This document shows positions 13,076 through 26,147 of a stretch of DNA of 64,000 nt, piece by piece (position 1 is the stretch's first letter; the number at the start of each line of letters is the position of its first letter). Position numbers and translations under genes: made by a program. Source of the stretch: Lytechinus pictus (taxonomy: Eukaryota); NCBI RefSeq assembly GCF_037042905.1, contig NC_087251.1, positions 47,990,001 to 48,054,000 on the forward strand. The letters are read 5' to 3'. Under the pieces are notes generated by a model, which was given only the letters and a program-made list of their open reading frames with translations, had not been told where the DNA came from and did no database searches.

Positions 13076-14666
13076 CTAAAACATGAGAAAAACGTAAGAC
13101 TTATTACAGACTTATAAATATAGAAGCAGTGTTGACTTTAGTTTGAGACATAAAAATATCACACCTTTTTTTGAAATTTACTCTTTGATGCAATTTTATA
13201 ATCCAAGGACACGAAACTGAGGGCCAGTTTGCCGTTTCTAATTTCTCTTGTAGACTTACAGTACCTTCATTCTGGTACATGAGATCCAACAAGAGATCCA
13301 TCCACATCTCCTGTTCTTTAACCCTATCTTAACTGGGCTATTTCAGACCAGTATATACTGGGGGCAGGTCAATTTGACCCCCCCTCAGATCTCGGCCACT
13401 GATCGCTGCAAACATTTGCACGCACGTAGAGCCAGATGTAAACTACAAGACTATTTAGTAAAATTTTCAAAAAATTAATTTGTATTTTTTAATGAATTAT
13501 TATGCAAATAACACGAAATTTGCCCTAAATTTGTTTTTTTGTGTACATGTTTTTGCCTTTATCTCAATTTGTATAGCTATAGTAGATTGCTAATTTTTGG
13601 TGGGAGTATCAATTTCTAACAATATCTACAATTTAAAAAATATATATAATTAATTTCTTATGTATTTTATTGTTTTTTCTTATGTATTTCTTTGTTTTTA
13701 AAACTAAAACCTACACTTACCATATCAACATAATTTCTTCAGGATGAGATCAGATCAGTATTCATGAATGAATGATAATAATGACAAACTATCAGCAAAT
13801 TTTTCACCCAACCTTTTCCTTACTTAGCTAGTGCCCATTAAAAAAAAATCTGAACTTCTCAACAAGCATCAGCAAATAATAATTTTGCAAGCAGATATCA
13901 GATAACTTCAAAATGTGAGTAAAAGATTTTGCTGTCCATCTGAATAATAAAGGCTTCTGAGCTCGACTTTTTGTTTAAATCTCAGCAAAACTTGTGTCAC
14001 TCAGTGTGTCTTCATGGTCTTTGTCCGCGAAGATAGAACACACTACAGACAGTATACCCAGTTGTTGCGTGTCCGGACAGGTTGTGTGTCCGGACGATCA
14101 ATTTTAGAAAGTCATTTGGAAGAATTTACAAGCGAAGTTTCGTAATTTTTTAGTACAAAATGTTAGGAAATATTATAAAGAACAAAATAGAAGATGATTA
14201 CAAGTATTGAATTCATATTTTAGTGTAATACAAAGACAAAAAAGAAGGCTTCAAAAATATAAAGTGTCCGGACACCCGACCCCCCATCCTACTAACACTA
14301 ACAGTTTTCCAAGACACTGCTCACTCGTTGATCGGTATAGAGTAAATAGAAGTTTGAAATCGCCCTGTCCCTGGCTCAATTTCTCAAGCAACAATCATGG
14401 CATGATATGACATGTCAATCAATTGCCAATTGCAATCACATTTTCATCAATAATCTTTCCGATCTTGCTCGTTGCTGGCAATTAATGCAATTTGCCAGTT
14501 ATTCACTTGGTATGTACTAAAATGTGAATAATTTATCAGCCCTGATGAATATTTTTGTAACTGTCTTGATCAAAACTTAAAGACATAATAATAAGCCAGG
14601 GCCCAGGTTTTCGGGTCAGTGCAGAGTAGCCTGGAAGCTTCTGGAGAGTAAAAGTACTACTGTACG

Positions 14667-16417
14667 TAGACCAAAAGCTTCAGTCTCTGTATTTTGGTTG
14701 TTCCGCTGAACTACGTTGGCTCCACTCACCATACATAGACTGAAGGGGATGGGGCCCCGTACCTACAGCCAACGTATAGTGAACTAGCGTTTTATAGATC
14801 GCGATTTAAAACTGTTTTTTAAGCAAAATTGAAAGTTTCATGGTTTCCATTATCAGGGAAATATAAATAACTTAAGTAATTGCATACCTTGGGCCGGAGT
14901 TATTGAAAAAAATCCTCTGGATGATTGAGAAATCTGTCATCTAAGACATTTTCACCTGACCTGACGGTTTTTCTTGCAAGTTGCCATCTTGAATGACGTC
15001 ATTATCGTATTAACTTAATGTCTCGAATCGATATATCGCGATTATAACTAGTACTAGTACTAGTATAACTAGTATCGTTTATCTTCGGTTTCGTTCGCAT
15101 ATGGAGCAGATCGTATAATATCGAAAGCAATATCGATATCACATTCGTGATTGTTGACGTTCGTTTGTAAATATTTTATAGTTTGGCTGCCATTTTGACC
15201 ATTTTTATCGTGTTTGACCATTTTTATCGTGTTCAACCCAATTAAACATCGGTAAAGTATATTTTTCATGCCTTTTTCATCTATATCGTTTAAAGTATTT
15301 AAATGTTAGAATATCAAGGTCTAAAAGTTTGTTGTTTATACATCCTTAGATTGTAAATTCGATGTGTAAAATTACATCAAACTTTGGACTGTGAATTGAC
15401 AAAAGGGAGGGAATGAGAACACATGCGAGCCCACACGTACACCCTACCGTAGGTAAATGGCACTCCTAGTACCAATGAGGTCCAACATTACATGTATGGA
15501 CCTCATAGGCGACATCAGTAGTATTTTTGGTTAGAAATCTCTGAGAACAGGATATTTATATATTATATCACAAGTGCAAGCTATATTCCTTTCTCTTATT
15601 TAAATTATAATTTTAGAGTGTAAATGCATCGTTAGCAACAACAAAAAATGAAAGAAATGAAGGGGAACTTACATTTTCACGGCTTTTTCCTGATTTTCTG
15701 GGCAGCTGCTCTTCTCTTCTGACTCGCGATCGAAGCTGATATGAAGATCACGTGATTCGCGTTCTCGTCAGCTGATCGGTTGGTTATTCTTTTCGTCAGA
15801 CGTTAATAATATATATTTTATAATGCTAGCATTCATCGCTAATTTAGGTGAAAGAGATTGAAGTTAAACAGCGCCAGGTCGGAATCATAATTATTTTGGA
15901 AGAGTGTATTTATACACTCGATCTCATACCTGACGTAGACGGCGCTATTCAACAAATGCACAATCTTCAATATAAAAAATAAAACAGAAAGAACGCCTTG
16001 AACACAGGCCAAAATGCCTAACGATTTCTCCGCGGCATTAACAACTATCGTAAAGGGCGCTCCATTTATCAATAAAGATGGATGCTAAGGCTGTCTATGG
16101 CGACAAAATTTGCCGCAAATATTTACGAAGAATTGTGAGAAATGGTCTGAAAATGCAACAAAAGAACCGGTGAGTACCGATTAAACATTATCAATTTATT
16201 TAATAGAACATACTTAATGACTACAATGTAACAATTTCTAGATAATATTGCTTAGTTCTAAGCTAGGGAGGCCCAAACGCGCGTGAGCGGAGTCCCACTT
16301 TATTAGCACGGGTAAGTATTGCGGTGTCGCCTAGAGTGGTAAATCATAAATGGGGATTACAGTAAAATGTCAGAAATTGTTGAATAAATCCCCAGAAACG
16401 ACGGTTATTCCTGTCTA
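14667..16417. mobile_element. Non-autonomous DNA element with 9-bp TSD (Mutator-like), long copy, NEK2 intron 1
   Basis: TAGAC...GTCTA ends; TSD TACTGTACG at 14658-14666 and 16418-16426; near-identical to 24409-25248. Confidence 0.8.
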
Positions 16418-16701
16418 TACTGTACGTAGGCTTACTCTCCATGAAGCCTGAGACGAGATGCCATAGGCCCACACATACCGAGTATTTTAGAGACAACAAT
16501 GTTGTCTAGTCAGTGCAGCCAGAGCTAAGCGACCTTCGCCGCATCGCAGGCTCGCTCGCGATCGTCCCGCCGCAGGTAGCCTAGTACCATACCGGTATCC
16601 TCCCCACCACACACTATTTAAATGCCCGCCAAGCGCAAGGCGCAAGCAAGAACTTAGAAGCCGAGCCTCGGCTCGAGCCGAGAATAAAAAAGTTTACTTA
16701 C

Positions 16702-16797
16702 CTTTCCGTCGCTTTTCCGACGTACTTTTCTGCATTTCCCGTAAGAGCCACTCCCGATCGTATAAAGAATATCATAATCGCTCAATTTTGAAGGCAT
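16702..16797 (-). CDS. NEK2: NEK2 serine/threonine kinase, coding exon 1 (MPSKLSDYDILYTIGSGSYGKCRKVRRKSDGK)
   Basis: ATG at 16797; Gly-rich loop IGSGSYG; closely matches the vertebrate NEK2 N-terminus; GTAAGT donor follows; 96 bp, phase 0. Not in the ORF track. Confidence 0.95.
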
Positions 16798-16893
16798 CTT
16801 GGCGTTTGAATGCCACGATTGTAAAAAAATGTGTGGTCGATGGTCGTCCGTGGTTAAGGTTGTCGATCATGAAATATCATGCACGCACAATAT

Positions 16894-17046
16894 TTTGAAT
16901 TCACGCCAGCTGATTGACATTGTTTTTGATTGGGTAAGCTTGCGAAGTGAGCAGCCTATTATTGGTAGCAAATAATGCGTGGCCAATTTGATAAGTGGAG
17001 CACAATTTGGGAAGAGAACTTTGTACCAGAAAAAAATATATATTGG
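16894..17046 (-). promoter_or_regulatory. Putative NEK2 promoter with CHR-like hexamer and CCAAT boxes
   Basis: TTTGAA at 16894-16899; ATTGG at 16929, 16961 and 17042; CCAAT at 16983; all 100-250 bp upstream of the ATG. Confidence 0.5.
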
Positions 17047-17320
17047 TGAAGGTTTGATGGAAATCCATAAAAAAATTAAGAAAGTCATAAGAATTTTAAG
17101 TTTTAGATTTTTACGTCATATACGAGCAGCTGCCCCGTATTTTTTTAATTTCAATCTTTTAATGGTTCATGATGATTAAACTTTTTTTTTTCTTTTAGGA
17201 GCGGCCTTGTGAAATAATTATTGTCTATATTGATATACTAAAGGTGACCAAAAAAAATGAAAGTGACAAGCCATTGTTTTTTTACAAAAAATATGGGGAA
17301 GCTTATGCATGTAAATAAAA

Positions 17321-19906
17321 GTTTGTTTGCTTGTTTGCTTGCATTTATTTCTGCGTTCAAAAACACAATACAAAAATATTTACAATTACAATATACAAAA
17401 TAATTCACAATATAAACAATGTAGTCATATTACATGATAAATACAAATAAGAGTGTGAGTATAAATTAATCTTTTATAAATGTAAACATATATATATAAT
17501 GTAATAAATGAACGCAGGAGACCACCATCGTGAGCGGTTAGGCTTGAATTGATGGCGGCCTCATAAAAAGATTCGTGACTTAGATTGATATTTACTGGTC
17601 AAGTGGGTGCATTGCAGGTGCAGGTGCTGTATAGCAGTTGAGTAAAATCAGAATGTTAAATAGCGAATGTGGATATTTGAGTGAATGTTTTAATTTGGAG
17701 CGAGGGGTTGATAAGATTGAATGATAGTTTTCTTTAGAGTGGCTTTTAATGAGTATATGGTAGAACAAGTTTTAATATTGTTTGGAAGATCATTCCAAAT
17801 GTCTGGACCATGATGTCGAATTGATTTAGAGGCAATTAACAGTCTGGGGTTAGAGAGATGAAAGTTTCCGGATATGCGCGTTGGGTAAGTATGGACAGAA
17901 CTATTAAATTTAAACATGTTATCAAAAGACGAAGGGAGCAGATTGTTAATATATTTAAACATAATTATAGCTATTTGAATAGTATATAAGTCGGCAATTT
18001 TTAATGTCTTTTGTTTAAAAAATAAAGGATCGGTGTGAGCCAAATAATGCGATCCTGTACAAATGCGAATTGCTCTTTTTTGTAATTTAGAAATAGAAGT
18101 AAGTTTTGTGGAACCACAATTAGCCCAAACAACGTTACAATATGTTATATACGGGAGTATTAACGAATTATACAATAGAAGTAAAGTTTTATGAGGTAAA
18201 ATAAATTTCAACTTGGAAATTATTCCAATATTTCTCGAGATACATATAATGATATGGTGCAGATGTTCATTCCAAGACAAAGCTTGATCTATGATGACGC
18301 CTAAAAATCTAGAGTGAGTCTTCCGCTCTAATGGTGTACCGTCAATCTGTAAGTGAATTGGAGTATCGGTAATATGAGAATGTTTAAAATGGATGAAGTG
18401 GGTCTTTTTTTAGTTCAAGGATAGTTCGTTTGCTTTAAACCACTGTGAAACTTTAATCAATTCAAGATTTAATATGTTATTTAGGGAAGTTATATTTTTA
18501 TGAGAAAAAAAGATATTTGTGTCGTCAGCAAATAATACAAATGATAAAATAGAAGATGTGTTGATAATATCATTGACATATAATAAAAATAAAAGCGGGC
18601 CTAGAATGGAGCCTTGAGGGACACCACATTGAACTGAAAGTGAACTAGAATCGTTGCCATTAAATGTGACATATTGTTTTCGATTTATTAAATAATCTTT
18701 AAACCAAAGGAGTGATTGACCTCGTATACCATAATAATTAAGTTTTGAAAGTAAAATATTATGATTAAGTGTATCGAACGCCTTACTGAGGTCACAAAAT
18801 ATACCAATGACATGCTCTTTGTTAGCTATGGCGTTTGTTATTTTATCGTAAATTTGAATTAAAGCCAAGTTTGTTGAATAATTTTTTCTGAAGCCATATT
18901 GATTAGAAATTAATAAATTGTGTTTGTTGATAAATTCATAAAGTCTATTATATACTATTTTCTCGAGGATTTTGGATATACTAGGGAGTAGAGATATAGG
19001 GCGATAATTGCTTATTTCATGAGGATTGTCTTTTTTAAAAATTGGATTGACTTTGGCGATTTTGAATAAGTCAGGAAATATACCTTGTGATAGAGATTTA
19101 TTAAAAACATGACTAAGAGGGTTTGCAAGCGGGTGAATTATTTCTTTTAAAAGAGACATACTAATTTTATCATGCCCATGAGATTTTGAGCTATTAAGAG
19201 ACCTTGTAATGTTGAGAATTTCTGTGGGGTTCGTAGGGTTCAAGAAAAATGAATGTGGATTAGGTTCGGGGAGATAATCCGTGAAATGCGCATTTTGGCT
19301 ATTGATCTTGCTTGCAAGTTCGGGTCCGATATTTGTGAAAAATGAATTGAATGAGTTTGCGTGAAGGGAAGAGTCAACTTTGGTACCATTTAAAGTGATA
19401 TTATCGGTAGGTGGGGGATCTGCATTTGTTCCCATTACTTCTTTGATGATTTTCCAGGTAGTATAAGTATTTGAACTGGCATCTTTTATTCTATTAGTAT
19501 AATACATTTTACGTGATAAACGAATTAATTTTGTTAACTTGTTGCGATATACTTTGTATTTTTTTAAATTGGCTTCAGTAGGATTGCGTAAATGTGACTT
19601 GTAAAGGCAATTACGTGTCTGTATCGATTTTAATAAACCTTTTGTTATCCAGGGTTGTTTGGGTGTTTTTCGATTATTTTTTACCTTTCCTATGGGAATA
19701 TTCTTTTCATAATAATGTTGTAATTTATTATTTAGGAGATTATACGATGTGTTTGCGTCAGTTTCATTATAGACATCCTCCCACCCCTCAAGTAATAAGT
19801 CTTGCTTCATTAATTCAATATTACGTTTAGATTCTTTTCGATATGAGCGTTGGTTAAATGATAAATAACTTGTAATCTTTGATGGATTTCCTAAAACCTT
19901 CAACAA
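17321..19906 (-). mobile_element. 5'-truncated LINE (CR1/L2-group reverse transcriptase) between the two promoters
   Basis: NYRPISLL, DLSKAFD, GVPQGSILGP and FADD motifs; ORFs 18410..19906 and 17690..18280 share a frame, separated by one stop; AATAAA and (CAAA/CAAG) tail near 17321-17349; 5' boundary approximate. Confidence 0.92.
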
Positions 19907-20262
19907 TTTTTTTAAATGCTATTTTTATAATAAATTTCCCCGAACTTCCCCTTTAAGTAGTGAATTAGTATACTACTATGCGAGTGTGATCTTTCAGAAC
20001 ATACATGAGCTAGATGATCAGTTCAATTTCAACGACGAGAGTGGGGGGGGGGGGGAGAAGCTCGAAGCGGAGTTGAAAAGTAAGTGGAAAATGGACCATC
20101 GTCATAACCATCTTATCGTCATCAGTCATTATCATCTTCATCTTTTTCATCATCGTCACCCGTCATGATATCACCATCTACATCATCATCATCATCGTCA
20201 TCGTCACATCATCATCACCATCATGCCTCATCCCCCTCGTCATTAAAGTACAATTACTTTAA

Positions 20263-20893
20263 AGGTTAAGTCCACCTCAGAAAAATGTTGATTTGAATCA
20301 ATAGAGAAAAATCAGACAAGCATGATGCTGAAATTTTCATCAAAATCAGATGTAAAATAAGAAAGTTATGACATTTTAAATTTTCGCTTATTTTCACAAA
20401 ATAGTTACATGCACAGATTTAGTCATATGTAAATGAAAGACTCGACAATGTCCCTCACTCACTATTTCTTTTGTCTTTTATTGTTTGAATTGTACAATAT
20501 TGCTAAATTTACAGATTTGAGTCATTTGACAATAAAGACCAACTTTACTGAACCATGAAATGTAAAAAAATGGCAATTCCACGTGTTCGATCAGGGCGAA
20601 AGAAAACTTTGTTTCACAGGACAATGAGGACAAAAAATAGATCTACAATGTTTCATATTTCATATAATAAAATACAAAAGAAAATGAGTGAGCGAGTGAT
20701 GTCATCAGTTCCCTCATTTGCATACCAACCGGGATGTGCATATAAATATTTTGTGAAATTTATGGGCGAAACTTAAAAATGTCATAAGGCTTTTTTTATT
20801 TTACATCTGATTTTGATGTAATTTTCAGTGTTGTGCTTGTTGGATTTTTCTCTTTTTATTCAAATCCACATTTTGTTGTGGTGGACTTGTCCT
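20263..20893. mobile_element. Kolobok-like MITE
   Basis: TTAA|AGG..AAGTCCAC...GTGGACTTGTCCT|TTAA. Confidence 0.75.
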
Positions 20894-21567
20894 TTAACGT
20901 TGAACTAAATATCAATAAAATTTAGTCACAGAGTGATACAACTTGCCCAGAGACAGTGTGCATGCACTGATATTCCTCTTTTAACTTTCAGTTTTACTTG
21001 CACCATCCCGGCCTCCTTCCCTCCTTCCTCTGCCTCCCTTTACCTCACTTTTATAATTTTATTATTTACTATTAAGTTTGAATATTATTTTCTCTTAATT
21101 TTGTAGTCGCGTATCGCTTATTTGCTAAGGGCTAATCCAGTATTTTCCAAGGGGAGGGGGCACATTTTTCAAAGGAATTAAAATTTGACAAGCAAAAAAA
21201 AAATAAAACAACAACAAAAAAAGGTTGTCACTAAAATTTGAAAGTCATTATTTCCTGCTTACACTTTGACAAGCAAACAAAAGAAGCCCTGATCACTTGT
21301 GTATGAACGACATATTTCCATGAAAAATATTTGCTGTGACCGCAAGGGGGTGGGGCACACTTGTACATGAACGACACATTGAAAATATTGACTATATGAC
21401 TCTCAAGGGGGGGGGGGGCACGTCGGCACGGAAACGCCCCCCATGGATCTGTCACTGCACTGATGTTCTATAGTGTTTGTTTATAAGCTCGTCCAGTCCG
21501 CCCCCTAATGAATGTATACGTATGAAACTATTCTTGTATTTTGTTGAACGGAAAATAAATAAATCTA

Positions 21568-21730
21568 ATCATCATCATCACATCATCATCATATCATCAT
21601 CATCATCATCATCATATCATCCTCATCATCATATCATCATCATCATCATATCATCCTCATCATCATATCATCATCATCATCATCATCATCACCATCATCA
21701 TCATCGTCGTCACCATCACCCATCATTATC
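21568..21730. repeat. (CAT)n microsatellite (a second imperfect tract lies near 20100-20240)
   Basis: Direct reading; produces spurious poly-His and poly-Asp ORFs. Confidence 0.95.
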
Positions 21731-21762
21731 ATAATAGCTTCGGGGCGGCGGGAAGCTAGGGG

Positions 21763-22044
21763 CAGGGGCGGATCCAGGATTTTCCAAAATGGGGAGACAA
21801 ATTTTTTTTTGGGAAATTTTTTTTTTGACAAGCCCGCGCCCCCCCCCCCCAAAAAAAAGGTTTTCAACTACAAATTAAGGATATTTCGTACCCGATCAAT
21901 TTGACAAGCAAAAAAAAATAAAAAATAAAAAATTCAAAAGAGGGGGCACACCATAGCACTTTTACATGACAAATTTTTAATTTTGCTTCTCAAAGGGGGG
22001 GGGGGGGGGGGCACGTGCCCCCCCCCCCCCTGGATCCGCGCCTG
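21763..22044. mobile_element. hAT-like MITE
   Basis: TIR CAGG.GCGGATCCAGG; 8-bp TSD GCTAGGGG. Confidence 0.8.
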
Positions 22045-22655
22045 GCTAGGGGCACCGGGGCAAGCTAAATACGAACCGTAGCTAGCTAATGATTTTTCAA
22101 GTAGGCCCTATACGTCTGTTGAACACAGAGTAGGGAGAAAAAGCAAAGAGTATAAAAAAACAGTAAGCGAATTAAATGAGAGTACCCGGTATATCAAAAG
22201 CATGGAAAAGAGCGGTCGCGGTCTGTGTCGTATAAATTCGAATTGATATAAAAATGTAAATCATTACAGAGGTATAGATCTTTTCAACAGCAACGCAAAG
22301 CATAATCGCGTCGTTGACTTTACGGATGGCAACTCGCCTACAAATAAAAATATTACCCACGGAACTCGCACAGCAGCACCGGCACCACGGCTGGGGTTTC
22401 TCAAGCTACCTTTCCAATTCCGCGCCGGGGAGCTGCCGGCGTGCGGCGCTGATGAAGTGCGGTGGCGCAGCGTCTTGTAGCGAGCTGCTAGTCCGTAATA
22501 ACTAACTTCACGTCTAGCTACATGAGAGAGCTCGAGAGATGAGCTGCTAGATTTAATTTAGATCTAGGCTAGATCTACTAGGAATAGGGATCTGTCAACT
22601 CTATCACTAGGACGAATAGGAGTCGAGTCTTAAGCCAGACGAGGCCGAGCTGAGG

Positions 22656-22679
22656 ATGGATTCTATCTTCCATGAAAAG
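22656..22679 (+). CDS. ATXN3: Ataxin-3 coding exon 1 (MDSIFHEK)
   Basis: ATGGATTCTATCTTCCATGAAAAG then GT; equivalent to vertebrate MESIFHEK; too short for the ORF track. Confidence 0.9.
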
Positions 22680-22746
22680 GTACCGAATTAGTTTTTGTTA
22701 GAAAGATAAGATAAGATTTTAATTTTTTATTAAACTCTATCGACCC

Positions 22747-23355
22747 TAACCCAGAGAGCTCCAGCCCGCGTAGCGGGCTGGAGCCCAGACGCTCAGTGTG
22801 CAAACGGGCATTCAGGTGAGAGTACCGTGAAGTTTGGTCAAAATAATTTTGATAATACATAATTAAAACAGAAATTAAGCACTTACCACGATTGTATGGA
22901 TGATAGTCTAACGAGTGGCAGTTTCCTGACATCGAGGCACAGACTGGAACCTCAAAAAACGATCAGTTCTGTCGCGGTGGCTCTCCTTCTTTCAAAATTC
23001 ATAGCAAAATGGCCGTTCGAGAGGGTGTAGGGCGCATGCGCGAATTTGACAAAGTCTATATGCGCTAGTGCTATACTAGCCCTCGATCGGCCATTTTGTG
23101 TTGAATTCTGAAAGAGGAGAGCTACCGCGACAGAACTGATCGTTTTTTGAGGTTCCAGTCTGTGCCTCGATGTCAGGAAACTGCCACTCGTTAGACTATC
23201 ATCCATACAATCGTGGTAAGTGCTTAATTTCTGTTTTAATTATGTATTATCAAAATTATTTTGACCAAACTTCACGGTACTCTCACCTGAATGCCCGTTT
23301 GCACACTGAGCGTCTGGGCTCCAGCCCGCTACGCGGGCTGGAGCTCTCTGGGTTA
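22747..23355. mobile_element. 609-bp foldback MITE with 9-bp TSD (Mutator-like)
   Basis: Arms of about 230 bp are perfect inverted repeats, imperfect to about 275 bp; TSD TATCGACCC at 22738-22746 and 23356-23364. Confidence 0.88.
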
Positions 23356-24145
23356 TATCGACCCTAGCCTAGGGCCTAGTAGTATAAAACTAGTAGTAAA
23401 GTATAAACCCAGCGCCAGCCCAGGGAGCTCCGGCCCGCGACCGTGCAAAACGAGGGAGACAATCGGTTAGATTGGGGACTCAATAGTAATCTTAATAAAA
23501 TATGGAAGCAGAAATTATGCATTTACCACGATTATATGGATGAAGGTCAGGTCTATCGAGACACACAAATCCTGACATTGAGGCACAGACTGGAACCTAA
23601 AAAAAAAACAAAATATATAATAGCCTCGGTCTCGATTAGCCTGCCCTGGCCCTGGAGGCTTCTTGGGAGTAAAAGTCTTTCTACTCAACGTAGACTTACT
23701 TATTTAGCCTGGAGGCTCCTGGAGAGTAAAAATCAGTCTACTATACGAAGGCTTACTCCCCATGGAGCCTGGAATTGCTTCCCATATGGCTACACTCCTA
23801 CAGTACAAATACCGTCCCAAAACCTGAAAGTGAAACTTTCGCCCCCGAGATTTCTACTATCCCTCTAAAAGATCTAGGCCTAGCCCTAAATCATGTACAT
23901 GGGGTACAACTTCATTTTCGACATTTCTACGATATTGATTTCATTTTTAAACAAGAATTCATTAAAAAAACGAGAAAAATGTTATGAAAAGACGGGAAGA
24001 GCTTACGGCGGTGTTTACGTCGCCATCTTGATTTCTTTGTCTTTCGCTTTGAAGTGAAGTTTGGGCACCCAATCATACAAAGACTCCTCGGAAAGACACC
24101 TCAAAGTCAATAAAGTCTCTAGCCTAGGCCTACGTTAGACTCCAG

Positions 24146-26021
24146 GGGCCCGTTTCTCAACAAATGGACAAGTTAGTCATATCTTTATCCACCAACCACG
24201 GAGTTAGTTCCAATCTTACTAAACCTGTTTCTCGAAAGGCTTCCTAACTAGAATACCTTGATATCGATACTATCGGTAAAAAGAGCAGACGAGACGTAGC
24301 CTTAGTCACAAAATAGCATAATTTTCAAAAAGAAAAATTATGACATAATTGCAAATATTATGATGAATTGGGAAATAAGTCTTTTCAAAATAGTAGCACA
24401 GGTGAATTTAGACCAAAAGCTTCAGTCTCTGTATTTTGGTTGTTCCGCTGAACTACGTTGGCTCCACTCACCATACATAGACTGAAGGGGATGGGGCCCC
24501 GTACCTACAGCCAACGTATAGTGAACTAGCGTTTTATAGATCGCGATTTAAAACTGTTTTTTAAGCAAAATTGAAAGTTTCATGGTTTCCATTATCAGGG
24601 AAATATAAATAATTTAAGTAATTGCATACCTTGGGCCGGAGTTATTGAAAAAAATCCTCTGGATGATTGAGAAATCTGTCATCTAAGACATTTTCACCTG
24701 ACCTGACGGTTTTTCTTGCAAGTTGCCATCTTGAATGACGTAATTATCGTTATTAACTTAATGTCTCGAATCGATATATCGCGATTATAACTAGTACTAG
24801 TACTAGTATAACTAGTATCGTTTATCTTCGGTTTCGTTCGCATATGGAGCAGATCGTATAATATCGAAAGCAATATCGATATCACATTCGTGATTGTTGA
24901 CGTTCGTTTGTAAATATTTTATAGTTTGGCTGCCATTTTGACCATTTTTATCGTGTTCAACCCAATTAAACATCGGTAAAGTATATTTTTCATGCCTTTT
25001 TCATCTATATCGTTTAAAGTATTCAAACATTTAAATATTAAGTTTTAAAAGTTTGTTGTTTATACATCCTTAGATTGTAAATTCGATGTGTAAAATTACA
25101 TCAAACTTTGGACTGTGAATTGACAAAAGGGAGGGAATGAGAACACATGCGAGCCCACACGTACACCCTACCGTCGGTAAATGGGGATTACAGTAAAATG
25201 TCAGAAATTGTTGAATAAATCCCCAGAAACGACGGTTATTCCTGTCTAAGGTGAATTATGCATCATACATACTTAAACCATGAAGACTGGAGCATTCAAT
25301 TGCAGAGAAAATTAAATTATGAATAATTCATTTCATGACTAAAAAATCACTTGTGGACGTTGAGATGGGTACCCCCGAAAGACCCAATTTTAATAGTTTA
25401 CGAAAGTAAACCATAACGGTTTTCTTTGCAAAATGATGATAATTATACGGACTTTTACGATTCCAAACGTCATCAAAATATATTTTAACGAAACATTTTT
25501 AATCATTGATACCGAAAGATACGATATTAGACAAATTATATGCAGAAATTAGTGATAGAATTCATCCAACTGTTAATAGGGGTCTGAAAACAACAAATAC
25601 GAGTTCAGTTATGGATGGCCTGACGTGGTAGAATCTTTATCGATTAAATCATTTTACTATTTCAAAATGAATGGTTTTGTGGCGTTTACCAACAGTTTTT
25701 ATAGTTTCTTTGTATTACAATTATCATTGAATGCATCAACCCACTTGTTTTGTGATGTAATTTCAACCTATATGATTGATTACGTAAGATTATAATTTAT
25801 AAATTTCTAGGCACTTTCGCATGTCATAGTCTACCCACGTGATGCCACTACGTCATTAAGAAAGAAGTTACGACAGGTTCGGAGGTGTCATAAATATTTA
25901 GTGAGGTTGTTGTACCCGATCTTGGTAAAGAGGGCTTCGTGAAACGGTTAGCGGACAAGTAGCTCACTATCTCCGATTTAGTCAAGAAGTTAGACTTATG
26001 ACGGTGTTGAGAAACGGGCCC
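24146..26021. mobile_element. PIF/Harbinger-like non-autonomous element hosting the 24409 insertion
   Basis: TIR GGGCCCGTTTCTCAAC; CAG TSD. Confidence 0.8.
24409..25248. mobile_element. Internally deleted copy of the 14667-16417 element, ATXN3 intron 1
   Basis: Same ends; TSD AGGTGAATT at 24400-24408 and 25249-25257. Confidence 0.82.
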
Positions 26022-26147
26022 CAGGCGTATGTCCAGCGTAAGGTGACCAGATCAGGGCAGTCAAATTACGGGACACTTTGAAGTAAATATGTCGACAAGG
26101 GCCCGTTTCTAAACATATCTAAAACATTCTAGCCTATTCTAACCATT

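Noticed and set aside
21477..21867. Poly-His and poly-Asp ORFs
   Set aside because: (CAT)n microsatellite.
22663..23367. Two identical 62-aa ORF starts on opposite strands
   Set aside because: Produced by the arms of the foldback MITE.
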